This document shows positions 1 through 9,030 of a stretch of 48,150 nt of DNA, piece after piece. The stretch is from a virus. The notes beneath the pieces were generated by a model that worked only from the letters and a program-made list of their open reading frames with translations, searched no databases and was not told the DNA's origin. Both the position numbers and the translations under genes were made by a program. Position 1 is the first letter of the stretch; each line of letters starts with the position of its first letter. The stretch is taken from IMG/VR virus record IMGVR_UViG_3300000115_000002, positions 1-48,150 of that record. One strand, 5' to 3'.

Positions 1-105
1 TTTGTTCATTATATTGCATTGCTTGCCCCATAGCCCAATTACTTATAGGATCTAAAGGATTTATAGCTATCATAGGTGCGCCTTGTACTTGTTCTACAGG
101 TAATA
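1..105. repeat. Terminal overlap copy 1. Nt 1-105 are identical to nt 48046-48150, indicating circular closure or terminal redundancy.
   Basis: Read directly. Both copies run tttgttcattatattgcattgcttgcccc...gttctacaggtaata. The repeat lies inside a minus-strand coding frame. Confidence 0.95.
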
Positions 106-1165
106 TTACAGGCCCTATTTGCGATCTATTTTGTCCACTAACATCTCCTGTTCCTGTTCCTAGTATTGCATCACTAGCTGCACTAACTAACCCAGCTTTT
201 ACATTACTTTTAACCTCTCCACCAACTTCTGTAGCAAACTTTTTAAATCCAGAAGCGGGAGCAGCAGCAGAAGCAGCTTTGGCAGGGACAGGCATTTCTA
301 AAGGAGGCACAGGACGAGACAACATACTAGGTTGCCCATCTAACATTATTGTAGGATTCAAAGCTTCTGCATAAGTAGTCTGTCCTGTAAAAGGATCTAT
401 TTGAGGTACAGGAGTCATTGCAGGTTTCATCTTAACCGTTCCTGCGGTAACATCTGAAATAGAAGAAGTAATGTTTCCTTGAGCATCTCTAACAATAGTA
501 GTATTTTCTGAAAGAGCATCATCCATATAACTAGTTGGTTTTGTAGTAGGAGAAAACTGTTTACCAGCAGTACCATCAAAAGCTCCTTCATTAACAGCAT
601 CTCTAGTAGACTCACCTACATTAATCCCATCACCTAATAAAGATCGACTTTCAGCTTGTTTATTTATTTTTGCAATATCAAAATTTTTCTGGAACTCTTG
701 AGTACCTGCTGACCAAGCATTTTTAACGCCAGCAAAACTATCTTGAGTCTGTTTCCAAATATCTCCCCATTTATCAAGCTTAGTAAGATCTTTGCCCATA
801 AAGTTTTTAATTCCCATTTTATTCAGGAACTCTCCACCAACTTTCTTTGCAACATTTCCTATTGTATTTGTAACAGCTTTACTTACAGAGGATACTACTT
901 TACCAACTCCTGAAGCAACTTTAAGTCCTGCTCCTAGCATTTTACCAAATCCAGAAACAAGTAAGTTACTTGAGGCCGCTGCTGTCCCTGCAAAACTAGT
1001 TAAGGCTGGTATAGCATAAGGAGCAATAACAGCTAAAGCTATTGTGCCTACAATACCAATTTTACTAAAAACTTTTCCAACTTGCTTGAATGTTCTTTTA
1101 ATAAAATTCCCAACTTTTTTAAAGACTCTTTTAACGCCTTTAAATATTTTTTTAAAGAAACCCAT
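1..1165 (-). CDS. Virion-internal / membrane-interacting protein, 5' part. The ORF starts at 1165 and runs off the window edge. Its last codons are at 48014-48045, giving 398 aa when the circle is closed.
   Basis: My translation is open from ATG 1165 down to nt 1 (MGFFKKIFKGVKRVFKKVGNFIKRTFKQVGKVFSKIGIVGTIALAVIAPYAIPAL...). It has a basic amphipathic N-terminus and then a hydrophobic helix. The frame continues through the 105-nt overlap to TAA at 48014-48016. The ORF track misses it because it is split by the window edge. Confidence 0.7.
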   Translation of the reverse strand, partial: MGFFKKIFKGVKRVFKKVGNFIKRTFKQVGKVFSKIGIVGTIALAVIAPYAIPALTSFAGTAAASSNLLVSGFGKMLGAGLKVASGVGKVVSSVSKAVTNTIGNVAKKVGGEFLNKMGIKNFMGKDLTKLDKWGDIWKQTQDSFAGVKNAWSAGTQEFQKNFDIAKINKQAESRSLLGDGINVGESTRDAVNEGAFDGTAGKQFSPTTKPTSYMDDALSENTTIVRDAQGNITSSISDVTAGTVKMKPAMTPVPQIDPFTGQTTYAEALNPTIMLDGQPSMLSRPVPPLEMPVPAKAASAAAPASGFKKFATEVGGEVKSNVKAGLVSAASDAILGTGTGDVSGQNRSQIGPVILPVEQVQGAPMIAINPLDPISNWAMGQAMQYNEQ

Positions 1166-1174
1166 ATTTATATC

Positions 1175-3604
1175 CTATGTAAATATTTTAGTTACCCAAT
1201 CTTTAATTGTATTAGTTCCTACATTACCTTTTTCTGCCGCTGCTTCATTACCTAACGCAGTAGCATACAATGAAGTTTTTCTTTGTTCTTCATTTTCATA
1301 AGACTGTCTTAGGTAAGCTGCTTCATCTCTAAGGTTCTGCCAAAGAAATGCTTGCTCTGCTGAATCTAAATTAAACTGCATTTGAGCAGACATTTGATTT
1401 GATGAGTTTTGTGCAGCCGTATTAGATAAATTAGCTTTTCTTCTCCACTCTACATTAGACTGAGCAACAGCTTGAGCATTAGCAGCATTCCATTGATCTC
1501 TATTAAAATCTATTTGAGAATTAAACTGATCTATTTGAGTATTTAACTGAGCTTGTGCTTGTCTAGCAGCTAATGCATTCTGAGCATTAAGCGCACTTAC
1601 TTTATTAATTTCTGATTTAGCAAACTGTCTAGCTGAACTTTTAGCCGCTGCATTAAACTGTTCCATCTGTGCTGCTAAGTTTGTCATAAACTGATTCTTT
1701 TGATTTTCAGAAGCAGCATTAAATTGTCTAGCTGAGTTTGTAGCAGCAGCATTAGTCAACATTTTTTGTTGTCTCATTTGTTGATCAAAAACATTAACTT
1801 GTTGCTCATTACTAAGATTAGCCATATCCATTGTTAGAAAGTTTCTAGCATTCTCTACAGCTAACTTTGTTTGTTGATCAGCCGTTGCAAGATCCATTTG
1901 AGCCATTAGAGTAGCATTTTGCATAGCTTCTTGTTGTCTAGCATTGAAGTCAGTTAAAGTAGCAGTCTGCATAAATTTACTGTTAGCTAATTCAACTTGT
2001 TGGGCTGAAGAAAACTTAGCCATATCTACACGCGCTACTGTCATAGCATTTGATACTGCTGTTTGTTGATCCACATTCAGTTGAGCTTGATTCATAGTAG
2101 CAGCAATTTCAGCTTGCTTTATATTAGTATTTAATCTAGTCTGTAAGTTTGCTAACTCAGTCTGTTGTCTTGCATTTAAATTTTGACCTTCAGCAGCATT
2201 TAACGCACTAAGATTAGCAAGTCTCATTTGTTGATCGTTAGAAAGATTAGCTAAATCCATTTGTTGTTTGAACTCAGCATTCTTTATTATAAACTGCCCT
2301 GCAAGTGTTTTGTCTTGAGAAGTAGCAGTTTGTATTGCTTGAGCATTGCTTTGAGCTATTGGAATAGCACTTTGAATAATAGCATTAAACAAAGCATCTC
2401 TACCTACTGTAGATGCAGACATACCACGTTGAGCTAGTTTAGCTTCTACGGCAGCTACTGCTGGTCTTGCCCATACAGGAGTTTCTCCATCTTCCATTCC
2501 TGCAAGCAAGGTTTCCATTTGAGTGCTTACTAAAGCTTCTCTAGAAAGTCCAGAAAGTCTAGTTTTTATTCCATCATCTTCAATACCCTCTAAAGCTTTT
2601 GCAAGTCTTGCAGGATCTTCTGCGAGTCCTTGTGCTTCTTCATCAGGAATACCACTTGCTTTGAGATCACTAAGAACTTTAGCTTTTGCTTGCGCTCCTC
2701 TTATCTCTCTTTGTTGTGCTTGATCATAATCATAAAGCATCATAACTTGAGCAGCTTCACCATCTGGTGCAGGATCTCCTGTTATAAATGCTCTTTGTGC
2801 AGCTTCAGCTTCTTTAGTAGATGCTACCTGTGCTGTTTCTCCAGTTACTCTATCAATTATAGATCTTGTATCTTCTATAAAAGATACATCACCAGCTAAA
2901 GCAGCTTGTTCAGCTTCTTTAACTCTTTCTGCCGCCTTAGCTCTTTCAGTTAATGTAGGAGCATCAGCTTCTGCAATTCTTGTTACTTCACCTTGAGCCG
3001 CTTTAGTAGGATCTAAAGATTGAACTTGTTCAGCGTTTATTTGTTGAGTGTTAAAATCTGTTGGTGCTGCTCCTTGAGCCGCCCTGTAACTTTGAGCATA
3101 AGCTCTTTGAGGAGCAATAGTTTGCTGCCCAACATCTGTCTGAGGAGCTATAGTTTTAGCCTCATCTAATGCAATAGTATCATCAGCCATAGCAGTTTCT
3201 GGTTTTGAAACTACAAAAGGAGTACCTCTTGCTATCTCAACTTGAGGAGGTTTTCCTTCAGGGGCTGTATTTGTAACACTTCCTATTCTAGGATCTGGAG
3301 GAAGCTCTGGCTCTGGTGTAGGAGGCTCTACAGGTGTAGGTAGACCTATGCCAGGTATAGGATACTGTACTGCTCCAAAAGGAGTATTAACAGTTTCCAT
3401 CGCAGGATAAGGCGAAGTAGCTACTGCATTTATTCTAGGTTGAGATGCAGGTGCAGATGCAGGTGCGGGTGCAGGTTCTGCTGCTTTTCTAGCACTTACC
3501 TCTGCTGCTGTTTTTTTAGCAGCCGCTATCTGCTCAGGAGATAAATTAAATCCACCTAAAAACTTCTTTTTTCTTAAAGCTTTTTGAACTCTATTTTTTT
3601 TCAT
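1175..3604 (-). CDS. Large Q/N/A-rich virion protein (809 aa), probably an internal or ejection protein
   Basis: Long ORF in the structural arm. It has a Pro/Ala-rich N-terminal third and a long C-terminal region of quasi-repeats (ANLSxxQQ, NARQQ). No enzymatic motif was recognised. Confidence 0.5.
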   Translation of the reverse strand: MKKNRVQKALRKKKFLGGFNLSPEQIAAAKKTAAEVSARKAAEPAPAPASAPASQPRINAVATSPYPAMETVNTPFGAVQYPIPGIGLPTPVEPPTPEPELPPDPRIGSVTNTAPEGKPPQVEIARGTPFVVSKPETAMADDTIALDEAKTIAPQTDVGQQTIAPQRAYAQSYRAAQGAAPTDFNTQQINAEQVQSLDPTKAAQGEVTRIAEADAPTLTERAKAAERVKEAEQAALAGDVSFIEDTRSIIDRVTGETAQVASTKEAEAAQRAFITGDPAPDGEAAQVMMLYDYDQAQQREIRGAQAKAKVLSDLKASGIPDEEAQGLAEDPARLAKALEGIEDDGIKTRLSGLSREALVSTQMETLLAGMEDGETPVWARPAVAAVEAKLAQRGMSASTVGRDALFNAIIQSAIPIAQSNAQAIQTATSQDKTLAGQFIIKNAEFKQQMDLANLSNDQQMRLANLSALNAAEGQNLNARQQTELANLQTRLNTNIKQAEIAATMNQAQLNVDQQTAVSNAMTVARVDMAKFSSAQQVELANSKFMQTATLTDFNARQQEAMQNATLMAQMDLATADQQTKLAVENARNFLTMDMANLSNEQQVNVFDQQMRQQKMLTNAAATNSARQFNAASENQKNQFMTNLAAQMEQFNAAAKSSARQFAKSEINKVSALNAQNALAARQAQAQLNTQIDQFNSQIDFNRDQWNAANAQAVAQSNVEWRRKANLSNTAAQNSSNQMSAQMQFNLDSAEQAFLWQNLRDEAAYLRQSYENEEQRKTSLYATALGNEAAAEKGNVGTNTIKDWVTKIFT

Positions 3605-3607
3605 AGT

Positions 3608-3817
3608 TTAATCCGTAAATACAATTCCTGCACATGATGTCATAACTACCCCAATTGTTAGCCAAGCTAGTTTTTCCCATCTGGCTGCATGTTTTTCTGT
3701 ACTTTCTTTAAGAGATTTAATTTCAACAATGGCTTCAGCCCATCGTTCTCCACATTCTTTTTCATGTTGCTCTATACGAGATAAAGCTTCTAGGGCTACT
3801 TCCATTTCTGTTTTCAT
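3608..3817 (-). CDS. Small protein with a C-terminal transmembrane helix
   Basis: ATG at 3817. The track start at 3835 is a TTG. The C-terminus LAWLTIGVVMTSCAGIVF is hydrophobic. Confidence 0.4.
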   Translation of the reverse strand: MKTEMEVALEALSRIEQHEKECGERWAEAIVEIKSLKESTEKHAARWEKLAWLTIGVVMTSCAGIVFTD

Positions 3818-3850
3818 AGTATATTCAATTCTCAAAATTAATCAGACCAG

Positions 3851-4207
3851 TTATACTGGAGGAAGCCTTAAATCTTCGACTACAACCCAAGCACCTGAGT
3901 CTTCATTCCATCCGTACATATCTGTTGTGTCTGATGGATAATCAACAGGAGCTTTCCAACCGCAAGTATCTTCATCTAAAATCCAAGATGGGTAAGGCTT
4001 TGGCCTTATAAAAGCATCTCTAGTTCTATCGTAAGAGAATCCGATTCCTGCATAATTCTTCCTAAGAGGTCTTCCTTCTGGATGCTGACCGTCATTAGTG
4101 TTGTAAGAAGTTTGTACCCACTCACCACTTAAAGTGTCAATAAAATCTTGTTCTGCAACAATTACTTCTGTTACAAGATTATTTTCAATTTTTGCAAAAT
4201 GAGCCAT
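3851..4207 (-). CDS. Hypothetical protein (118 aa), fibre-associated by position
   Basis: ORF immediately downstream of the Gly-rich gene. The N-terminus MAHFAKIENNLVTEVIV resembles small conserved phage proteins I cannot name. Confidence 0.5.
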   Translation of the reverse strand: MAHFAKIENNLVTEVIVAEQDFIDTLSGEWVQTSYNTNDGQHPEGRPLRKNYAGIGFSYDRTRDAFIRPKPYPSWILDEDTCGWKAPVDYPSDTTDMYGWNEDSGAWVVVEDLRLPPV

Positions 4208-4216
4208 TATGTTTCT

Positions 4217-5128
4217 CTACTCTTCATATCTGATAATGACAATTCCTGACCCACCAGCACCGCCACCCTGCGCCCCATTGACGGCATAGTTGTATCCACC
4301 ACCGCCACCGCCTCCAGTGTTTGCTGAACCTGCTCCACCACGCGCAGTGTTTGGGCTATTACCTGTACCTGCTCCACCGCCTCCTGCTCCACCAGCACCT
4401 CCACCTCCAGTACCGCCAGAAAGATCACCAAATCCACCACCACCGCCAGCATAAGAAGTACCTAAAGATTTCCAATTTAGCCCTACGCCACCAGCACCTC
4501 CACCGCTAGATCCTTGACCATCTTCTCCTACTGCGCCTTTACCACCGCCCCCACCACCGTAGTATACATTTCTAGAATAATCTGCAAGTTCATCAGCACT
4601 ACCTCCAGCATTACCTTGTCCTGATGTTCCTGCATATCCAGACTTTACATTCTTGTCTTCATCCCAATAATATCCTCCACCTCCAGAGCCGCCTGAACTC
4701 CCAACTTTAATGTAAGGGTTATCTACACTGTGTCCTCCAGCCCCTGCGCCTCCACTTTGTGCTGTTTGTGAAAAAGCACTTGAATTACTTCCTGCTGCTG
4801 CCGCAGTTCCTGCTGCTGTATAAGCTGCACCAGCACCAATCGTTATGGTGTAACCTGTTTCCGAAGGTTCAAAATTATTATACTCAATTGCACCACCAGC
4901 ACCTCCACCACCACCAAGAGAGCCTCCACCAGCACCTCCTCCAGCGACAATAATAGCATCTAGCGTTATCCCTGCTGGGGCTGATGAAACAGTAAAAGTT
5001 CCAGACGAAGTAAATGTGTGATATTTATAACCTCCAGCCGAACTTTCTGTACCGCCAGACGCTTCAATAACTGCTGCGCCCCTAGTTGGATGACTGCCAA
5101 AACCCAGTATGTTATAACCAAAACTCAT
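4217..5128 (-). CDS. Glycine-rich protein (303 aa), probably a fibre/tail accessory or beta-solenoid structural protein
   Basis: N-terminal YKYHTFTSSGTFTV...LDAIIVAGGGAGGG, followed by many GGGGxGG runs. There is an ATGA start/stop overlap with the fibre gene. Confidence 0.6.
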   Translation of the reverse strand: MSFGYNILGFGSHPTRGAAVIEASGGTESSAGGYKYHTFTSSGTFTVSSAPAGITLDAIIVAGGGAGGGSLGGGGGAGGAIEYNNFEPSETGYTITIGAGAAYTAAGTAAAAGSNSSAFSQTAQSGGAGAGGHSVDNPYIKVGSSGGSGGGGYYWDEDKNVKSGYAGTSGQGNAGGSADELADYSRNVYYGGGGGGKGAVGEDGQGSSGGGAGGVGLNWKSLGTSYAGGGGGFGDLSGGTGGGGAGGAGGGGAGTGNSPNTARGGAGSANTGGGGGGGYNYAVNGAQGGGAGGSGIVIIRYEE

Positions 5129-7416
5129 GCGTCATTTGCCGCGTCAGTTGTAAAGAATAATTTAATGCCTAACAATCTTGCATCTCCTGATTGATCATCT
5201 GCTGAAACATCTCTAGAAATTTGAAAGTATGTCAGAGTATCTACTGCTGCATTAGCAATAGTGACGGCTCCGCTAACTGCTGAAACAGTCATATCATTAG
5301 ATGTACCACTAAATGCTTTTGCAGTAGCTACAACTTGAGTACCAAAAGCAGTATTAATACTTGCATTATCTGCCATTGAACCGCCTGATAATCCCCACGC
5401 TACTGTTCCTGTATTAGTTCCAGTAACTGTCCAGAAAGCCTGAAAGGTCACAGTTCCTTCATTCCAAGACTTTGGAAAAGCAACTGTAAACTGAGCAAAA
5501 TCATCTGCTCCTGTTGCAAAGTCTAAACATTTTAATTCAGGGCCGTTTGATAATTCAACTTGAGTTAAAGCAGAGCATCCGTTTGTAGTATTAGGATACA
5601 TGGCAGCAGCAGGTACATAAATAGTTTCAAGTCCTGCTTGTTTTAATGTACCAACACCATCAAGTTTATTTAGTTCTGCTGCTGTACTGGTTACTCCATC
5701 AAGTATATTTAACTCAGCGGCTGTAGAAGTTACGCCATCTAAAATATTAAGTTCTGCGGCTGTACTCGTTACACCATCAAGAATGTTTAACTCAGCAGTA
5801 GTTGATGTAACACCGTCAAGGATGTTAAGCTCTGTTGCCGTACTTGTAACACCATCTAATATGTTGAGTTCAGCAGCAGTGCTAGTAACTCCGTCTAAAA
5901 TGTTTAGTTCCGCTGCGGTACTTGTTACACCGTCTAAGATGTTTAGTTCTGCCGTAGTAGACGTTACTCCATCAAGAAGATTAAGTTCGGTAGCTGTTGA
6001 AGTAACTGCTACGTCTTCATTGATCTTAGGTGAAGTAAGAGTTTTGTTGGTCAGGGTATCTGTAGATACAAGAGAAACTAAAGTTGAGTTAGCTCCAGCA
6101 GGAAGCATTAAAGTATTAGTAACGGCTGCTGAGTGTGGTTGTGCGTAAACCTTTTGACCATGACTGTTGCTTTCACAGTTAAAAACTATAGCACCTGAGT
6201 TAGTGTTACCTCTGACTACGACTGTACCTGTTCCATTAGGAGCAAGGTCTAAAGTAGCATTAGACGTTGTAACAATATCATTACTGTTAAGGTCTAAGTT
6301 GCCACCTAGCTGTGGAGTCGAGTCTTCTGAAACATTTGAAATAGCACCAGATGTTGCAAGTCCTGCTACAAGAGTGCTTCTTGTAATTTTCTTTAAGCCT
6401 CCACCTGAAGTGTCTACGGCTATTAAAACATCATCAGTAGCTACTGTAGATATTTCAGATAAAGAACCTACTGCTACTGGGTTAAAATTAGTACCATCTG
6501 CAATTAATAAGTGACCAGCAGTATTAGTACCCATTGTAAGATCGTCACCGCCAATAGTAAGGTCACCTGTAAGGGTTAGATTTCTTACTCCAGTGTAGTC
6601 TTTGTTTGCATCTAAGATCACAGCTTTAGAAGCTACGGCAGTTCCTATTGCTGTACTACCTATATCTAAAGCATTTAGCTCACCTACAACGGCTGTAATA
6701 CCATCTAAAGCATTTAACTCTGCGGCTGTAGAAGTTACACCATCTAGAATATTAAGTTCTGCTGTAGTGCTTGTTACACCATCTAGAAGATTTAACTCTG
6801 CGGCTGTAGAAGTTACACCGTCTAATATATTAAGTTCAGCAGTTGTGCTTGTAACACCATCAAGAATATTAAGTTCTGCGGCAGTGCTGGTAACTCCATC
6901 TAATATGTTTAACTCTGCTGCGGTACTTGTTACACCATCTAATATATTTAACTCTGCTGCGGTAGAGGTAACTCCATCCATAATATTTAATTCAGCAGCA
7001 GTTGCTGAGATTGCTGTACCGTTAAAGTTAATTGCATCTACATAAGCTGTACCGTCAATGTATAAGTCTTTAAACTCTAATGAGCTAGTACCTAAGTCAA
7101 TATCATTATCAGTTACTGGGATTACTGCGCCATCTTGTATTCTTATTTGTTCAACAGCACTGCTAGAAACTTCAACAAAAATACCAACTCTATTATTAGT
7201 TGAGTCAACAGCAACTTTGTTAAGAAAATCTAAATCGCCAATAACAGGAACTGCGCCTCCATGAGCAGCAGTACCATCATGCCTATGCCCAGCACTTGAA
7301 TCTGAAGTGCTATAAGCAAACGCATTTAAAAGCTGATTATATTCATTGTTAAATAATGATGCAGTAATAGTATCGCCATCTGCAAATGTACTTTGTCTGG
7401 TATAGCCCACAGCCAT
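5125..7416 (-). CDS. Tail fibre / receptor-binding protein (763 aa) with two arrays of 13-aa repeats
   Basis: N-terminus GYTRQSTFADGDTITASLFNNEYNQLL...AGHRHDG is typical of phage fibre N-termini. It has 18 T(A/T)(A/T)ELNxLDGVTS repeats and sits after the tail tube genes. Confidence 0.8.
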   Translation of the reverse strand: MAVGYTRQSTFADGDTITASLFNNEYNQLLNAFAYSTSDSSAGHRHDGTAAHGGAVPVIGDLDFLNKVAVDSTNNRVGIFVEVSSSAVEQIRIQDGAVIPVTDNDIDLGTSSLEFKDLYIDGTAYVDAINFNGTAISATAAELNIMDGVTSTAAELNILDGVTSTAAELNILDGVTSTAAELNILDGVTSTTAELNILDGVTSTAAELNLLDGVTSTTAELNILDGVTSTAAELNALDGITAVVGELNALDIGSTAIGTAVASKAVILDANKDYTGVRNLTLTGDLTIGGDDLTMGTNTAGHLLIADGTNFNPVAVGSLSEISTVATDDVLIAVDTSGGGLKKITRSTLVAGLATSGAISNVSEDSTPQLGGNLDLNSNDIVTTSNATLDLAPNGTGTVVVRGNTNSGAIVFNCESNSHGQKVYAQPHSAAVTNTLMLPAGANSTLVSLVSTDTLTNKTLTSPKINEDVAVTSTATELNLLDGVTSTTAELNILDGVTSTAAELNILDGVTSTAAELNILDGVTSTATELNILDGVTSTTAELNILDGVTSTAAELNILDGVTSTAAELNILDGVTSTAAELNKLDGVGTLKQAGLETIYVPAAAMYPNTTNGCSALTQVELSNGPELKCLDFATGADDFAQFTVAFPKSWNEGTVTFQAFWTVTGTNTGTVAWGLSGGSMADNASINTAFGTQVVATAKAFSGTSNDMTVSAVSGAVTIANAAVDTLTYFQISRDVSADDQSGDARLLGIKLFFTTDAANDA
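5647..5997 (-). repeat. Fibre repeat array 2: nine tandem 39-nt (13-aa) units, aa 474-590
   Basis: Units TATELNLLDGVTS, TTAELNILDGVTS, TAAELNILDGVTS and so on, read from the translation and the DNA. Confidence 0.9.
6652..7002 (-). repeat. Fibre repeat array 1: nine tandem 39-nt (13-aa) units, aa 139-255. The last two units are degenerate.
   Basis: Units TAAELNIMDGVTS ... TAAELNALDGITA, VVGELNALDIGST. Confidence 0.9.
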
Positions 7417-7419
7417 ACT

Positions 7420-9030
7420 TTATCTCCTTCCTGTTGGACTATAATCAATATATAATCCATTTAACGTGAATGGCGATAATTTATCATCGCTTAGTATAAG
7501 AAAACTTGTTGTATTACCACTACCTTGTACTGACTGTCTAACTAAAGGATCTGGAATAGATCCAAAAAGATTTGTATTAAATACCGCTGATCCAAAAACA
7601 CTAGGAGCAGGTATTGAATCTAAAACATAATCATTAGGTTGTGCTAATGTTGTATCTTCATAATCATATCTAACTCTTAATGAAGGAACAACTGTACCTT
7701 CAGGAGTAATAGAAATTTTAACGTACCTTAAAGTCTTTCTTGTTCCAAAGTCTCCAAAGTCTAAATTAGGAGTTCCATAGAATGCTTTAACATTTGAAGA
7801 TACTCCACCAGGATTAAAGTCATTACCTGTATCGTGATTATAAACATACCCATCAGAATCTCCATGATATATACGTTCTATACCATCTTTATCAAATTCA
7901 GATGTAATTGATGTTGCTTTAATTCCTTCAGTCTGACTATACTGAAAACCTTCTCTTGTTAAAGTACCTATAAATCCTTTTGCAGTAATGTTATTAGTAG
8001 AGTCTACATTATAAAATAAACGATACTGAGATCTTCTTCTTAATATTGCTGAACAAAGTTGAAGAGTATCAACACTATTTGTAATTTCTTTAATAACAGA
8101 TTGAATAGGACTACTGATAACTCCTAACTCTGTATCTCCAATTCTAGCTGTACCTGCAACTGTTCTTAATCCATCGGGACTTAAAAATATTAAGTCTCCA
8201 CCTATTTCTTGAATTGTTTGTCCATCAACACAACCTACGTTTTCTGTAATAGGATCAATTCTAATTGAGCTAGTATCATTTATATTAATAAGTTTATGTA
8301 TGCTATTTTTAGCAAAAACAATTAGATCAGTTCTAAAACCTTTTATACCTACTACTTGATCAGAAATAGTAACTGATCCTGAGCCTGTACCAGAAAAATC
8401 ATCTGAGTCATTATATACACTATAGTATACTGTACTTAAATTATCTTCTACTCCTGAAGCTATTAAATGATGATCATGTATACAGATGTGTTTAACACCT
8501 TTGGTACTATTAACAGCAATTTCTTTTGCAAAAAATGTACGGGAACTTAACTCTGCTCCTGTACCTTCCATTCTAAAAGAAAAAAGTTTATTAGCTCCAT
8601 CAGCTATTATAACTTCTCCATAATCAAAAGCAGCACCTTCAAATAAAACAAACTGACATTTACCTTGTCCAGTTCTTGCTAAAACACTACGTCCACTAAA
8701 TGTTGAAAAGTTATCTCCTCCACCAGCTACGCTATCTTTATTTATTTGTAACCAACTAGTACCATCTTGAGAAAAATATATATTTGTTCCAGAACATGCA
8801 ATAACTCCATCAGCATAAGTTCTAAGACCTAATATTTTATTTGATGAATTAGGTCTAGCTGCTGAAGCACCCCCAAAAGGAGAATAACCATTTATTCTAC
8901 GGTATCCACCATCTGTGTCAACTTCAAAATTTGTTAACTTAGTTGCTACTCCAGGCTGCTTTAAGGCTTCAATCTCATTTATACTTGTATGCAGTCCTCC
9001 AGTACAAGCCAAGCCAAAAGGCTGAGACAT
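7420..9030 (-). CDS. Tail tubular protein B / nozzle-like protein (536 aa)
   Basis: Position between the gp11-like gene and the fibre. The sequence looks beta-rich. No specific motif was recognised. Confidence 0.4.
   Translation of the reverse strand: MSQPFGLACTGGLHTSINEIEALKQPGVATKLTNFEVDTDGGYRRINGYSPFGGASAARPNSSNKILGLRTYADGVIACSGTNIYFSQDGTSWLQINKDSVAGGGDNFSTFSGRSVLARTGQGKCQFVLFEGAAFDYGEVIIADGANKLFSFRMEGTGAELSSRTFFAKEIAVNSTKGVKHICIHDHHLIASGVEDNLSTVYYSVYNDSDDFSGTGSGSVTISDQVVGIKGFRTDLIVFAKNSIHKLININDTSSIRIDPITENVGCVDGQTIQEIGGDLIFLSPDGLRTVAGTARIGDTELGVISSPIQSVIKEITNSVDTLQLCSAILRRRSQYRLFYNVDSTNNITAKGFIGTLTREGFQYSQTEGIKATSITSEFDKDGIERIYHGDSDGYVYNHDTGNDFNPGGVSSNVKAFYGTPNLDFGDFGTRKTLRYVKISITPEGTVVPSLRVRYDYEDTTLAQPNDYVLDSIPAPSVFGSAVFNTNLFGSIPDPLVRQSVQGSGNTTSFLILSDDKLSPFTLNGLYIDYSPTGRR

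Noticed and set aside
427-1301. Track ORFs 427..615 (-), 792..1019 (+) and 1044..1301 (+).
   Set aside because: They lie inside or antisense to the long open minus-strand frame 1..1165 and the 809-aa gene. They have low-complexity translations and no RBS.
2523-2899. Plus-strand ORFs 2523..2723 and 2630..2899.
   Set aside because: They are antisense to the 809-aa gene and are Ser/Cys/Leu-rich artefacts of its Ala/Gln codon bias.
4207-4953. ORFs 4207..4452 (-), 4321..4509 (+) and 4759..4953 (+).
   Set aside because: They are alternative-frame readings of the GGN-rich DNA of the Gly-rich gene.
5647-7002. The regular 39-nt periodic repeats could be mistaken for a CRISPR array or a DGR variable region.
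   Set aside because: The units are contiguous with no spacers, in frame, and translate to an invariant 13-aa fibre motif. No reverse transcriptase or template repeat is present. The differences between units are synonymous rather than adenine-specific.
5783-7264. Plus-strand ORFs 5783..6148, 6167..6514, 6602..7045 and 7058..7264.
   Set aside because: They are antisense to the fibre gene. Their own periodic SAAV.VTPS repeats are simply the mirror of the fibre repeat arrays.
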